From Candidatus Xenobia bacterium (lineage in GTDB: Bacteria; Vulcanimicrobiota; Xenobia; Xenobiales; QWHO01), in contig BTUM01000032.1 in NCBI GenBank assembly GCA_045863235.1, forward strand, positions 1 through 64,000: a DNA stretch of 64,000 nt, in the 5' to 3' direction. The notes under the pieces are model-generated. The model was given only the letters and a program-made list of their open reading frames with translations, was not told the origin of the DNA and did no database searches. Every line of letters starts with the position of its first letter. Position 1 is the stretch's first letter. A program made the position numbers and the translations under genes. Positions 1 through 13,800 of this stretch are shown here, piece by piece.

Positions 1-96
1 GTGGTGGCGGAGGTTCCCTCCGACACCACAGGGGGTTTGCGGCCGGACTTCTAGCCGGCAGGAATCTCCCACCAGGGCAAACGAAACCCGGCGGCT

Positions 97-1311
97 ATGG
101 CAGTGATTCGACCTTTTTCCGCAGTGCGGCCCCGTCCCGAGAACGTGGCGGCGGTGGCGGCCGTCCCCTATGACGTCGTGAGCCGCGAGGAGGCCGCCCA
201 ACTCGCGGCTGGCAACCCGCTCAGCTTTCTGCACGTGTCCCGTTCGGAGATCGACCTCGAGCCGGGAATTGATCCCTACTCGGATGCCGTCTACGCCAAA
301 GCGCAGGAGAACTATGGCAAACTCCAGCAAATGGGCGTTTTGATCCGAGAGCAGGAGGATTCTCTCTACGTTTACCGACTGCGCTCGGGCCAGCACAGCC
401 AGGTCGGCCTGGCGGCTACCTTCGCCGTGGACGAATACGACGGCGGCAAAATCCTCAAGCACGAGAAGACCCGCAAGGACAAGGAGGACGATCGCACCCG
501 CCACATCCTCACCTTGCGGGCCCAGACCGGCCCGGTGCTGCTCACCTTCCGTCCCCTGCCCACCATCCGCGCGCTGTTCGAGGAGGCCGTGCAGGGCCAG
601 CCGCTCTACGACCTGACGGCCAGCGACGGCATCCAGCACACCGTCTGGAGGGTCAGTCAGCCCGGGCTCTGGGTGCAGGCTTTTGGCGCCGTGCCCAGCC
701 TCTATATCGCCGACGGCCATCACCGTGCGGCCGGGGCCAGTCGGGCTCGGGCCCGCCTGCGAGAAGAGAGCTCGAGCTGGAGCGGCCAGGAAGCGGCCAA
801 CTTTTTCCTGGCGGTGGCTTTTCCCACCGACCAGCTGCGAATCTTGCCCTATGACCGGGTGGTCAAAGACCTGAATGGTATGACCGCTCAACAGCTGCGG
901 GAGAAGCTGCACCCTTTCGTTGGAGCTCGAGCCGTACCAGAGGGGCCCGGCCATTGCAGCATGTATCTCGAGGGCCAGTGGCTGGATGTGGATATGACCG
1001 CCTGGGCCACGGCTGCCGCCTCTCCGGTGGGACGACTGGACGTGGCTCTCTTGCAGGAGCACGTGCTGGCTCGCTACCTCGGCATTCAAGACCCGCGTAC
1101 CGACAAGCGGATCGACTTCGTGGGCGGAACGGCCGGGGTGGAGGAGCTGGTGCGGCGAGTCGACTCAGGCCAGGCCGCGGTGGCCTTCTCGATGGCTCCC
1201 ACCAGCCTCGATCAGTTGCTGGAGATCTCCGACGCGGGCGAGATCATGCCACCCAAGTCGACCTGGTTTGACCCCAAGTTGCGCGACGCCATCGTCATCC
1301 ACGCCATTTGA
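97..1311 (+). CDS. DUF1015 family protein (ParB/Srx-like fold)
   Basis: Motifs PYDV, HEKT..K..DR, YIADGHHR and MPPKSTWFDPK are typical of DUF1015. Confidence 0.85.
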   Translation: MAVIRPFSAVRPRPENVAAVAAVPYDVVSREEAAQLAAGNPLSFLHVSRSEIDLEPGIDPYSDAVYAKAQENYGKLQQMGVLIREQEDSLYVYRLRSGQHSQVGLAATFAVDEYDGGKILKHEKTRKDKEDDRTRHILTLRAQTGPVLLTFRPLPTIRALFEEAVQGQPLYDLTASDGIQHTVWRVSQPGLWVQAFGAVPSLYIADGHHRAAGASRARARLREESSSWSGQEAANFFLAVAFPTDQLRILPYDRVVKDLNGMTAQQLREKLHPFVGARAVPEGPGHCSMYLEGQWLDVDMTAWATAAASPVGRLDVALLQEHVLARYLGIQDPRTDKRIDFVGGTAGVEELVRRVDSGQAAVAFSMAPTSLDQLLEISDAGEIMPPKSTWFDPKLRDAIVIHAI

Positions 1312-1450
1312 AGAAGAGCTGAAGGTCTTGGGGACTCCCGAGGAGACAACATCTTCAGCCAATGAACTTCGCTGCGCCTGACGCTTCCAAGCTTTGCGGC
1401 CCGGGCAATGACGACGTTAGCCTGTGAGACTTCATCTGGCTCTGTCGGCG

Positions 1451-2134
1451 TTAGCTCTTGATCAAGGCCAGCACATAGCTTTCCAGCTGTCGCGCCGGCT
1501 CGCCAACGGGCTCAAGAAAGACCAGTCCCAGGTTGAAACGACCATCCTCTGTGGGGCGGCAGCGCACCACCTCGGCCGACAAGGTCAGGGGAGGTAAGGG
1601 CCCCAGGGGCCCGATGGTGGCCTCCAAACCCTGGCCCACCTCCCGGGCTTGCGCAGACTGCACCAGCGCTCCCCGCACGCCCAGGTTCAGCAGCCGGGCC
1701 TCGGCAGTATCCAGGCGGGCGGGCAGGCTGGAAGCCACACGCACGTGCAGGCGACGCTCGAAGATGGCCTGCTCGTCGAAACCGATGAGCTTCAGCACGC
1801 GCTGTACCCAGGACCGTTCGAGATTGCCCGGCTGGTCGAGGTAGGCCATGCCGGCCTCCTGGCCCTCGCTCCACTGCACCCTTCCCCGAACGGGAAAGGC
1901 GCCCACCAGGGGGGGGTCCAGTTGCACGAGCATGGAGGCGCCCGCCGGTGGGGGCTCGGAAAGGCTCAGCCGCAGCCCCCCTAATCCCATGTCCACGACG
2001 CTGGCATTCACGGCATGCTGCTCCCAGTGGCAGGTGACGGGGTACCGACAGACGATGCGAGTGAGGCGCCTCTTTTGGTGCAGGGTCAGCTCTTGCAGGC
2101 CCTGCGCCAGTATTTTGCGTTCTTCCCTGGCCAC
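1451..2134 (-). CDS. Tandem PilZ-domain protein (c-di-GMP binding candidate)
   Basis: Two RxxxR motifs (KRRLTR, ERRLHVR), each followed by a D/NxG/SxxG-like motif (DMGLGG, NLGVRG) and a VQW/VVR strand. Confidence 0.8.
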   Translation of the reverse strand: MAREERKILAQGLQELTLHQKRRLTRIVCRYPVTCHWEQHAVNASVVDMGLGGLRLSLSEPPPAGASMLVQLDPPLVGAFPVRGRVQWSEGQEAGMAYLDQPGNLERSWVQRVLKLIGFDEQAIFERRLHVRVASSLPARLDTAEARLLNLGVRGALVQSAQAREVGQGLEATIGPLGPLPPLTLSAEVVRCRPTEDGRFNLGLVFLEPVGEPARQLESYVLALIKS

Positions 2135-2147
2135 AGGCCGAGTTTCG

Positions 2148-3737
2148 CTACCTGAAGCCCCAGCCCTTGTTGAGCGTCATCCCCGAGAGCACCAGGGTGC
2201 CCCCCTTCTTCATGCGCGGATCGTCTCGCAGAGCGGCCCGCTCATCGATCGCAGGCGCCGTTGTCAGGGCTATGAACCTGGGGTTGCGGCCCAGATCGGC
2301 CTTCAGCCTGTCCAGAATAGCATTGCCCAGCACGGCGTGGCCTACATTGCTGGGATGCATGCCGTCATAGCTGAAGAAGCCGTTGAAACCACGTCCATCG
2401 GTCACTCCCGTGGGCACATTGGTGACCGTGGCTGGCTCGCCGCTGCCCTGCAACTCGATCCCCTGTTCTTTGGCCCGCATCAAGAGAGCATTGGCGTCCA
2501 CCAGATGAAGGCGAGGATTGGCGGCTGCGGTCTGGCGCAACAGCTCGTTGTATTCCTCTGTGCGCTGGTGAATCTTCTCGATTTCATCAGGAGTGAGCAC
2601 CTCGTCCTCGGTGAACAGACCTTCGGCCGAAGCTTCGTTGAGGCGGCTCTGGAGCATGTTTTCGCTGAAGATTTCGCCGTGCTGGACGAACTTGATCAGC
2701 ATGTCTTTCAGACCCACCCGACTGCCGGGTGGGAACGTCGTGCGACCATCCTGGCCTTCCCCTCGAATGGTGTCGGGGATGACCCAGTTCTCCAACTTGC
2801 TGGTGACGTCCGTGCCATTGGGCAGCACCACCTTGTAGGGAAGAGGCCCCACTTTCTCACCCACGGTCATCAGGTACGGGATGACTGTGACATCGGGGAT
2901 ATTGAGCACGACGATCTCAGCCCGGGTCTCATTCAGAAGGCGGCCCAGCGATTTTTGCAGGGAGGTGCGAAAGCCCGGATTGACGGTCTCAGTCTCCTTG
3001 AGCGATGAACGGCCGGTGAAGGGATTCTTGACGTGGTAGGTCCACTTCTGATCATCGAGGGGGGTCAGGGTGCGGTCGTCGACCACCCCGCCGTTGACCG
3101 ATTCGAGGGCATCGTTGTTGCCGCCCCAGAAGACAACGACGTCGGGATTCTGGGCGATCGCCTTGTCGATCATCGAGCGGCCGTGCTCGGCCGAGCGTTC
3201 TTCCTGCAGGATGCAGTGAACGTAAGGCGCCAGCATCATCAGAGCGCCCGACTGGGTGCGCTTGTCGGCCATGTCCTGCATCAAGTCGAGCACATTGTTG
3301 ACGTCGCTGAAGTGGCGAAGCTCGAAATTGGGCACGGCCACGTTCTGGAGATCGGTATCATGGCCCTCGGTCATCTTACCCATGCCGCCGGCATAGTAGA
3401 GAGGCCAGAGCACCGGCTCGGGTGGCACGGCCCCCATGGCCAGCGCTGCCATGGGAACCGACATGGCCAGGCCCACCTGCAGGTAGCGCCAGACCGTGCC
3501 TACCAGTGAAATATTCTGGTCCTCGAAGATGCGTGGGGGAATGCCCCGCCCCGACATCAGGGGCTGCTTGAAGTCCAGGTTGGCAGCCCGAGCGATCTGG
3601 CTTGGATAGGAGTGCTCCTGTCGCTCGGCCACCAGAGTAGCGTCCTGAAAGCCAGCCGTCAGGCTGTCGCCCACCGCGACCAGCTTGAGTGGCGCTCTTT
3701 GCACAGGGGTTGGAACTGTGGCCTGACTGATTACCAT
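2148..3737 (-). CDS. SGNH/GDSL hydrolase (lipase/esterase), no Sec signal peptide
   Basis: Block I GDSLTAG, block III GGNND, block V DGMHP. Confidence 0.85.
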   Translation of the reverse strand: MVISQATVPTPVQRAPLKLVAVGDSLTAGFQDATLVAERQEHSYPSQIARAANLDFKQPLMSGRGIPPRIFEDQNISLVGTVWRYLQVGLAMSVPMAALAMGAVPPEPVLWPLYYAGGMGKMTEGHDTDLQNVAVPNFELRHFSDVNNVLDLMQDMADKRTQSGALMMLAPYVHCILQEERSAEHGRSMIDKAIAQNPDVVVFWGGNNDALESVNGGVVDDRTLTPLDDQKWTYHVKNPFTGRSSLKETETVNPGFRTSLQKSLGRLLNETRAEIVVLNIPDVTVIPYLMTVGEKVGPLPYKVVLPNGTDVTSKLENWVIPDTIRGEGQDGRTTFPPGSRVGLKDMLIKFVQHGEIFSENMLQSRLNEASAEGLFTEDEVLTPDEIEKIHQRTEEYNELLRQTAAANPRLHLVDANALLMRAKEQGIELQGSGEPATVTNVPTGVTDGRGFNGFFSYDGMHPSNVGHAVLGNAILDRLKADLGRNPRFIALTTAPAIDERAALRDDPRMKKGGTLVLSGMTLNKGWGFR

Positions 3738-3746
3738 CGCGGGCCC

Positions 3747-3790
3747 ATGGTAGATGGGACCGCTGCAGGTTGTGTGGACGATTTGTTAAC
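3747..3790 (-). promoter_or_regulatory. Putative activator-dependent promoter of the GDSL gene: GTTAACA/GTCCACA boxes plus -10 TACCAT
   Basis: Boxes 11 nt apart; first box (3784-3790) ends 31 nt before TACCAT (3747-3752). Confidence 0.55.
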
Positions 3791-3920
3791 AGCCGACGGT
3801 CCGGACCCTGTGGATGCAGCATTCTCGCTTTGCATTTTTGCACAAGCGCTCGCGCGACGCCGGCGAACTGTCAAACGCGGCCGCTCGAGATTCACTTCCC
3901 GGCAAGAAAGACCCCCTCGA

Positions 3921-3975
3921 TTCAACGCTCGATCAACGGAACAGGAACCCTCGGTCAGCGCGACTGCTGGATACT
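3921..3975 (+). promoter_or_regulatory. Putative promoter: TTCAACG/ATCAACG boxes plus -10 GATACT
   Basis: 11-bp period; box 3932-3938 lies 31 nt before GATACT 3970-3975. Weakest match of the set. Confidence 0.4.
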
Positions 3976-4011
3976 CTGGGTGAGCCAGGACAACAATTGG
4001 AGGACCACCCG

Positions 4012-4374
4012 ATGATCGCCACCCTGAACCAGTCGCCCACCACCGCCCTGCAGAGACTGAGCCGGCCCACAGTGGCCAGCACTCTGCCTGAGCCCAGCTC
4101 GGACAAGGTGACCTTGAGCCCGGAATCGCAGGGCCTGTCAGGTCGGATGAGCGGCCTCAAGGCGACGGCTCTGGCTCTGGGGCTGGCCGCCACCCTGAGC
4201 CTTTCGGGATGCGCCACCACCTTCAGCGACGGCTTCAGCACAACCACCATCGGCGTCACCCCGGGTGGCGGCTCCTACATCTACACCACCCCTAACTACA
4301 ACTACAACTACTACTCGCCCCGGTGCGGCTACAATTACGATTTCTGGGGCAACAGCTACTACGGCTGTTATTGA
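4012..4374 (+). CDS. Small protein: S/T/P-rich leader, internal lipoprotein-like signal (LSLSGC), Tyr/Asn-rich tail
   Basis: GGAGG RBS at 3999-4003 before ATG 4012; biased codon usage; 120 aa. Confidence 0.7.
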   Translation: MIATLNQSPTTALQRLSRPTVASTLPEPSSDKVTLSPESQGLSGRMSGLKATALALGLAATLSLSGCATTFSDGFSTTTIGVTPGGGSYIYTTPNYNYNYYSPRCGYNYDFWGNSYYGCY

Positions 4375-4560
4375 CAGCTGTTGAGATAGATCGCCACGCA
4401 CGGGCGCGGCATTCATTCAATGGTGCTAAGGTCTTGCCTTCCGGATTCCTGTCTGGCCGAGCCGCATGCGGTCTCGGCCTTCTTTCTTTTGAGCTTCCTG
4501 CGGAGGTGGTTGCTCGCCCCCGTTGAACTCGCGCTGGCAGTCGGTCGGGAGGAATGTGCA

Positions 4561-5160
4561 TTGAAACGCTTGCTCCACATTGTTCTTGGTGCTTTGATTC
4601 TGGCCGGGTGCTCGGGAGACTTCGTGGCCCTCGGCCAGCTCGGCCCCCCGGTACCGGCCTCCTTCGCTGTTTTCGCCGAGTTTGCTCGGGACCACAACAA
4701 GCTGATGAAGAACGGTCTCAATCGTCGAGTTTACAATGTGGTCGAAGCCCAGTCCGGGACCGACATTCAGCTCGCCAGCGACGGTTCCATCACGCTCCAA
4801 CCGGGCACCTACCGGTTGAGCGGGTTCTCGCTGGTCACCATGCAGGCCACCTTCGCCCCGCCTCAACCCCAGAACAACAGCAACTACCCCGGTTACTGCC
4901 TGGTCTACCCGGTAGCCTTCGAATCAGACATCCCCAACCTGTTGCCCAATGCCATCGTGATCGGAAGTCCCCAGACTGCCATGGACACCAGTCCCAGTCT
5001 CTTCGAGGCTGTCTACACGGTGACGGAGACGACCACCATTGCAGTCGGTCACCAATCGGGAGAGGACTTGCATGACGAGGTCTACCTATCGGTCTACGAG
5101 GTGGAGGGAATCCCGAGTGATTACCACGTTTTCTCCCGGATCTCCATTACCCGTCTGTAA
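4561..5160 (+). CDS. Hypothetical lipoprotein
   Basis: TTG 4561 after GGAGGA gives MKRLLHIVLGALILAGC (lipobox); beta-rich mature part. Confidence 0.65.
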   Translation: MKRLLHIVLGALILAGCSGDFVALGQLGPPVPASFAVFAEFARDHNKLMKNGLNRRVYNVVEAQSGTDIQLASDGSITLQPGTYRLSGFSLVTMQATFAPPQPQNNSNYPGYCLVYPVAFESDIPNLLPNAIVIGSPQTAMDTSPSLFEAVYTVTETTTIAVGHQSGEDLHDEVYLSVYEVEGIPSDYHVFSRISITRL

Positions 5161-5193
5161 AGGGTACCTCTCCAGCCCGTAGAACTCGCCGGC

Positions 5194-8799
<3,606 letters not shown>

Positions 8800-8862
8800 C
8801 GGAACAGGTTCACCCCGCCTGGCGACGAACCCGGCATCTCAGCCACGAAGCGGAGGTTCCCC

Positions 8863-9768
8863 ATGAAGAAGCGTCTGATCGCCCTGGCCGCGGCCGTCAC
8901 TTTGAGCGCTCCGGTGCTTGCCTGCTGCGCTATCCCCATCGGTCCCCCCATCGACTCCAACCAGATGCGACTCGACGAGCAGCGGGCTTTCATATTTCGT
9001 CAGGGGACCAAGGAGCACCTGATCCTCTCGGTTCAGTATGACGGCGCCACTGAGGAGTTCGCCTGGGTCATCCCGGTCGAGTCCCGCCCCAAGGTGGACG
9101 TGCTCAATGGGGCTCCCTTCACCGAGCTGCGCAAGATGACCGTGGTGGCCGAGCCAATGCGGAGTATGGACAAAGGGGCCCCGGGCGGCGCCGCTCCTGA
9201 GACCGCCGGAGTCCAGGTGCTCGAGCGCAAGGTGGCCGGCCCCTATGAGCTGGTGGTGCTGAAAGCCACCAGCGGTGGCAACCTCTACGACTGGTTGCGC
9301 AGCAACAAGTTCCAGCTCACCAAGAACATGAAAGGGGCCCTGGATCACTACGTCAGTCGCGATTTTGTGTTCGTGGCCGCTCGCATGCGGCCGGGCACGA
9401 AAGGCAAGCAAGAGCTGGCTCAGCGTCTGAAGCAAGGCAATATCGCGCCCATTCACCTGATCTATGACGCCAAGAGCCTCAGCTACCCGTTGCGGGTGAC
9501 CGCGGGCAACCCGGGCTACTCCAAGCTCGAGTTCTACGTGCTCGACAGCAAGCCCGACGACTACTCATCGCTCGGACTCACTGCCCAGACCTTCAAGCTG
9601 ACTCCCGAGGGCAAGGATGGCTTCTCGGTCAGCGGTCCACCCGGAGCCGTGAATCCGACCGACTCATTTCCCACGATTCGCAAGCTCATTCCCCGCGGGG
9701 GAACTCTGACCAAATACACCGGCAATCTCGGAGACCACCAGCGTCAGAAGGATCTTGTCTTCGACTAA
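8863..9768 (+). CDS. DUF2330-like secreted protein
   Basis: Sec signal peptide; EFAWVIPV, GPYELVVL, L.DWL..N, YPLR motifs. Confidence 0.7.
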   Translation: MKKRLIALAAAVTLSAPVLACCAIPIGPPIDSNQMRLDEQRAFIFRQGTKEHLILSVQYDGATEEFAWVIPVESRPKVDVLNGAPFTELRKMTVVAEPMRSMDKGAPGGAAPETAGVQVLERKVAGPYELVVLKATSGGNLYDWLRSNKFQLTKNMKGALDHYVSRDFVFVAARMRPGTKGKQELAQRLKQGNIAPIHLIYDAKSLSYPLRVTAGNPGYSKLEFYVLDSKPDDYSSLGLTAQTFKLTPEGKDGFSVSGPPGAVNPTDSFPTIRKLIPRGGTLTKYTGNLGDHQRQKDLVFD

Positions 9769-9769
9769 A

Positions 9770-9790
9770 GTGCTCGCACTTTGGTCTTGC
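9770..9790 (+). repeat. Dispersed 21-bp motif, copy 1 (GTGCTCGCACTTTGGTCTTGC)
   Basis: Near-identical to 51445-51465 and 61335-61355; lies between convergent genes. Confidence 0.8.
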
Positions 9791-9803
9791 GATTGCACCT
9801 CAT

Positions 9804-10802
9804 CTACCGGAGATTTTGGTCGAAGAACTCGATCATCCAGCCAGCCACCTCTTGATGCACGACCAGGCGGTCGACCCCCGGTGGGTCGACCGCGATTTCG
9901 GCCAGCGCCGGGTCGGCCCGAAGAGCCTCTGAACGCACCAGGTCGAGAAAGACGTAGTGCCCTGCCCCCTCGACGACACGCAGTTGGCAATCGGGGACGT
10001 GGCCTGCAAAATACTCTCCGTTGCTGCGCGGCACCAGCATTTCATCTCGTGTTCCCAGGACGATCTCCATCGGGACCCCGACCTGTTCGAGGCTCTCGGC
10101 GTCGAAGGCCCAGCCCAGCGAGGGGGCCAGCAGAAAGAAGGCCTTCAGGCGTGGATCGCGGTAGGAGCGGGCGGCCTGCTCGAAGTCGGTGCTGGCCATC
10201 AGCTGGTTGTACTGCACAGACCCAACCGGAAAGAACTCTTCCTGGGGTGCGTAATCGGCTCCGGGGTTGGCCGTTCGTCGATAGGTGGTGGCCAGCCCGC
10301 CGGCCAGCCAGATGCCAGTGCCGCCACCCAGCGAGTAGCCAACCATTCCGACCCGTTGCTCATCCAGATGTTGACCGAGGGGCGAGTCCAGCAAACCTGT
10401 GAGCGCGGCGCTGATGTCGCGGGCTCGTTCCCAGTGATTCATGTGCAAATGCTGCCGGTTGGGGTCGTCATGAGTCGGGCCGGCTACCACATAGCCACGG
10501 GCAACCAGAGCCTGAGCGATCCAGCTCAAATTGGCAGGCTGGCCGTGGAATCCGTGCGAGAGCATCACCAGGGGCAACTGGTCTCCCTGAATGGCAACAT
10601 CACGGGCTTCTGGCGAGGTGATGAAGGGACCATCTTGTTCGGTGCCGGCCGTACCCGGCGCAACTGGATACCACACATCCACCAGGAGAGTCTTGTTGCG
10701 GGCCTCATCGCGCACCTCGAGCCTGGCTCGCCCCAGCACCGGATCGGCTAGCAGGGGCGCCGCCAGGCACAAGAGCAGGAGGACCGAGAAAATGAGCCTC
10801 AC
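9804..10802 (-). CDS. Secreted alpha/beta hydrolase (dienelactone hydrolase/PAF-AH-like)
   Basis: Signal peptide, VWYP, LSHG, GYSLGG nucleophile elbow, GAGHYVF. Confidence 0.85.
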   Translation of the reverse strand: MRLIFSVLLLLCLAAPLLADPVLGRARLEVRDEARNKTLLVDVWYPVAPGTAGTEQDGPFITSPEARDVAIQGDQLPLVMLSHGFHGQPANLSWIAQALVARGYVVAGPTHDDPNRQHLHMNHWERARDISAALTGLLDSPLGQHLDEQRVGMVGYSLGGGTGIWLAGGLATTYRRTANPGADYAPQEEFFPVGSVQYNQLMASTDFEQAARSYRDPRLKAFFLLAPSLGWAFDAESLEQVGVPMEIVLGTRDEMLVPRSNGEYFAGHVPDCQLRVVEGAGHYVFLDLVRSEALRADPALAEIAVDPPGVDRLVVHQEVAGWMIEFFDQNLR

Positions 10803-13800
10803 AGGCTCTGGAGCAGCTGAGCGGTTGGCAGAGCCGAGGCCAGCACGATGAATCCGACCACTACGCCCATGACCAACAAGATGAGCGGCTCGAGCATCGA
10901 GGCCAGATCCATCAGGGCCATCTGCACATCCTCCTCGTAGACCGTGGCTACCCGGCGGATCATTTCCGAGAGCTGGGCAGACTCCTCACCCACGGCGATC
11001 ATCTGGATGGCTCCGCGGGGGAAAACGTGATGAGCGGCCAGGCAGTCGGCCGCCGAATCGCCTTCGATCAGAAGGCCTCGAGCCATCTTCAGCCGATGGG
11101 CGATCTCAGCATTACCCGCCACGTGCTCGCACTTTTCCAGGCAGTTGGTGAATGGAATGCCCGCGTCCAGCAGGCTGGCCATGGAAAAGAGCAGGCGGGC
11201 CGTGATGATTCTCTCGATCAGCAGGCCAAAGTAGGGCAGCCCCAGCAGAGCGCGGTCGATGGCTCGCTTGCGGCGAGGATTGCCAAAGAAGTGCCTCCAG
11301 AAGGGCCAGCTGAGCCAGAGTAAGGGAATGAACAAGCCAAGAGTCGTCAGCAGCACGGGGTTACGCCCGGCATCCGACAGCCAGAGCAGCATTCGGGTCG
11401 GCCAGGGCAGTTGCACCCCGAGCTGGTTGAACATGGGCACGAACATGGGCAGCACGACCCAGATGAACACCGCGATGCAGATGAGCGAGACCACCATCAC
11501 GACCGCCGGGTAGGTGATGGCCGCCAGCACTTTCTGACGTAACTTCTGGTTGCGCTCGCACAACTCGGCCAGCTTGGAGAGAATGGCCACCAGCATGCCG
11601 GTGGTCTCACCGGCAGCGATCAGTCCGGTATAGACCTCGGGGAACACGGTGGGATGCTGTCGCATGGCCGCCGACAGGGTGGAGCCCTGGCTTACCTTGC
11701 CGGCAACTTCCGAGATCACCTCGCCCAGACCGCTCTCGGTGTGGCTTTCGGCGTAGAAGTGAAGGGCCTGGTGCAGTTGCAGTCCGGCGCTCACCATGGC
11801 CGAGAACTGCCGGGTGAAGATGACCACGTCTTCGGGCTCCACTCGCGCCGAGCGATCGACCAGGCGCCGAAGTCGCTTTTTCAGGTCGGTTCCAAATCCG
11901 TCCGGCCGCCTGGGAGCCAGGGCAGCGGTCCGGCGGGGGGCTCCCAGTGGAGCGGCAGCAGCGGCCACGGGCTTGTAAGTTTGGGGAACGACCGGGATGG
12001 TCGGGATGCTCGTCTCGGGTCGCGCTCGCACCGGATCGTTCTCTCCGTCGCGAGTGGACTCCACCTTTGGTTTCGGGGCCCGCTCGAGCGCCAGGCGGGA
12101 GGCTTCCTCCCGACGGTTGGGTCCGGTTGTGGGAACTTCCATCCGCATCGTTCTGCTCATGGGCATCTCGCGACGCTCCAGGCGCAACGGCTTGGAGTCT
12201 GGCTCAGCCGGTACAGCAGTGGCGGCCTGGCTCGACTCGCTGACGGCCCGCTCGAGAGCCAGCCGGGGAGCACTTTCAGGCTGATCGCGAGACGGTTCCG
12301 ATGGGACTGGCTGCTCGACGGCCCAGGGAGGCAGGATGGGCGGCTCCGATGGGACAGGCTGCAGAGCCCAGGGAGGCTGTATGGGTGGCTCTGAGAGGGG
12401 AGGCTGTATAGACGGCTCCGAGGGGGCTGGTCGCTGAGTCGCCCGGAGTAGAGGTGGCTCCGAGGGGGAAGGCTGCTGAGCCGCCCAGGGAGGCTGAATG
12501 GGCGGCTCCGAGGCCGGGGCCAGGGCGGATGCTTGCGCGGGTGCCTGCCAGGTCGGAGTTTCCATCGTGCCAAACGGGGCAGGTTCGGGAGCTCCCAGCA
12601 GCTCCTCCCCGGGAACCCCCAGGCCCGCCGGGTCGAAGCGCGGAGGCGGGGCGCCTTCCTCCACGGGAGCTCCCATGAGCGAACTGACCGCAGGCTTCTC
12701 CTCGCGCAGGGCATCCTTGAGCAGCCGTCGCGCCAAAGCAAAGGGGTCGGATTGCTCCTCGCGGGCCGCCTCGTCGAGCAACTGGCGGGCCAGATGAGCG
12801 GGATCCGTCTTCTCACCCGCCTGCAGCAACTGGCGGGCCAGGTCGGCGGGATCGGGGGCTCCTGATCGGGCCGATTCGATTGGAAGTGCGGGCATGTCGG
12901 CCAGGCGCTTCGGCTGGACCTCGGCGGCCGGCACCGCCGGGCCTTGCTCCGCCTGAGGCACGGCCGGCTGCTCGGGCGCAGCGGTATCGACCAGCGGCAG
13001 GGCAGGCAACTCGGGCACAGCGGCAGCCTCGACGTAGGGCAGGGCAGGAAGTTCGGGCTCAGTAGCAGCCTCGACCAGCAGGGGAAGCTCGGGCATCGTG
13101 GCAGTCTCGACCGTCGGCAAGACGGGAACTTCCAGCTGAGTCGTGGTTGCTTCCATCAGCGGCAGGGTTGGAACCCCGGGTGGAGTCGCTGCCGCTTCCA
13201 ACGGCAGCTCGGGCACCGTCTCAGCCTCGAGCAGGGGCGCTGCTGCGACTTCAGGCGCGGTACCCGGATCGACCAGCGACAAGGTCGGAACGTCAGGCGT
13301 GACAGGAGCGGTGGAGGAGATTTCCGGCACATTGGCGGCATCTGGCTGGCTCTGCAGAGCGGGGGAGGCGGCGTCGGTTCCACTCGCGGGCATCTCCGGC
13401 TGCCGAGGCGTCAACAGGGGCAGGATCGGGATCTCCGGCTCCGAGGCCTGCGATTCGGCTGAGCGGCGAGCAGCCAGCTCACGATCGCGCTCCTCTACCC
13501 CCACCAACTGGCTGGCGACTGCCAGCCGATCTTCGCCCTGACCTCCCTCGTCCTGGCGGACCGAGTCGATCAGTCGCATGGCCAGATCCAGGGGATTATC
13601 CTCGGGGGATCTGGAGGTGTCCTCCTCCTCGCGGGCCGCGTAGAGTAGTTGCATGGCCAGCTCGAGCGGACTGAGCTCGGCTCCTGGAGCTGGCAGCACG
13701 GGCAAGGGGCCCAGCTCCACATCCTCAAGCTCCTCGGCTCGAGCCATGTCAATCAGACGGCGTGCCAGGGCCAGGGGGTCCGCTTCCTGCGAGGGACCTT

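Noticed and set aside
1318..1359. Imperfect hairpin GCTGAAG...CTTCAGC after the DUF1015 gene
   Set aside because: No U-tract and no second copy; cannot be called a terminator or sRNA
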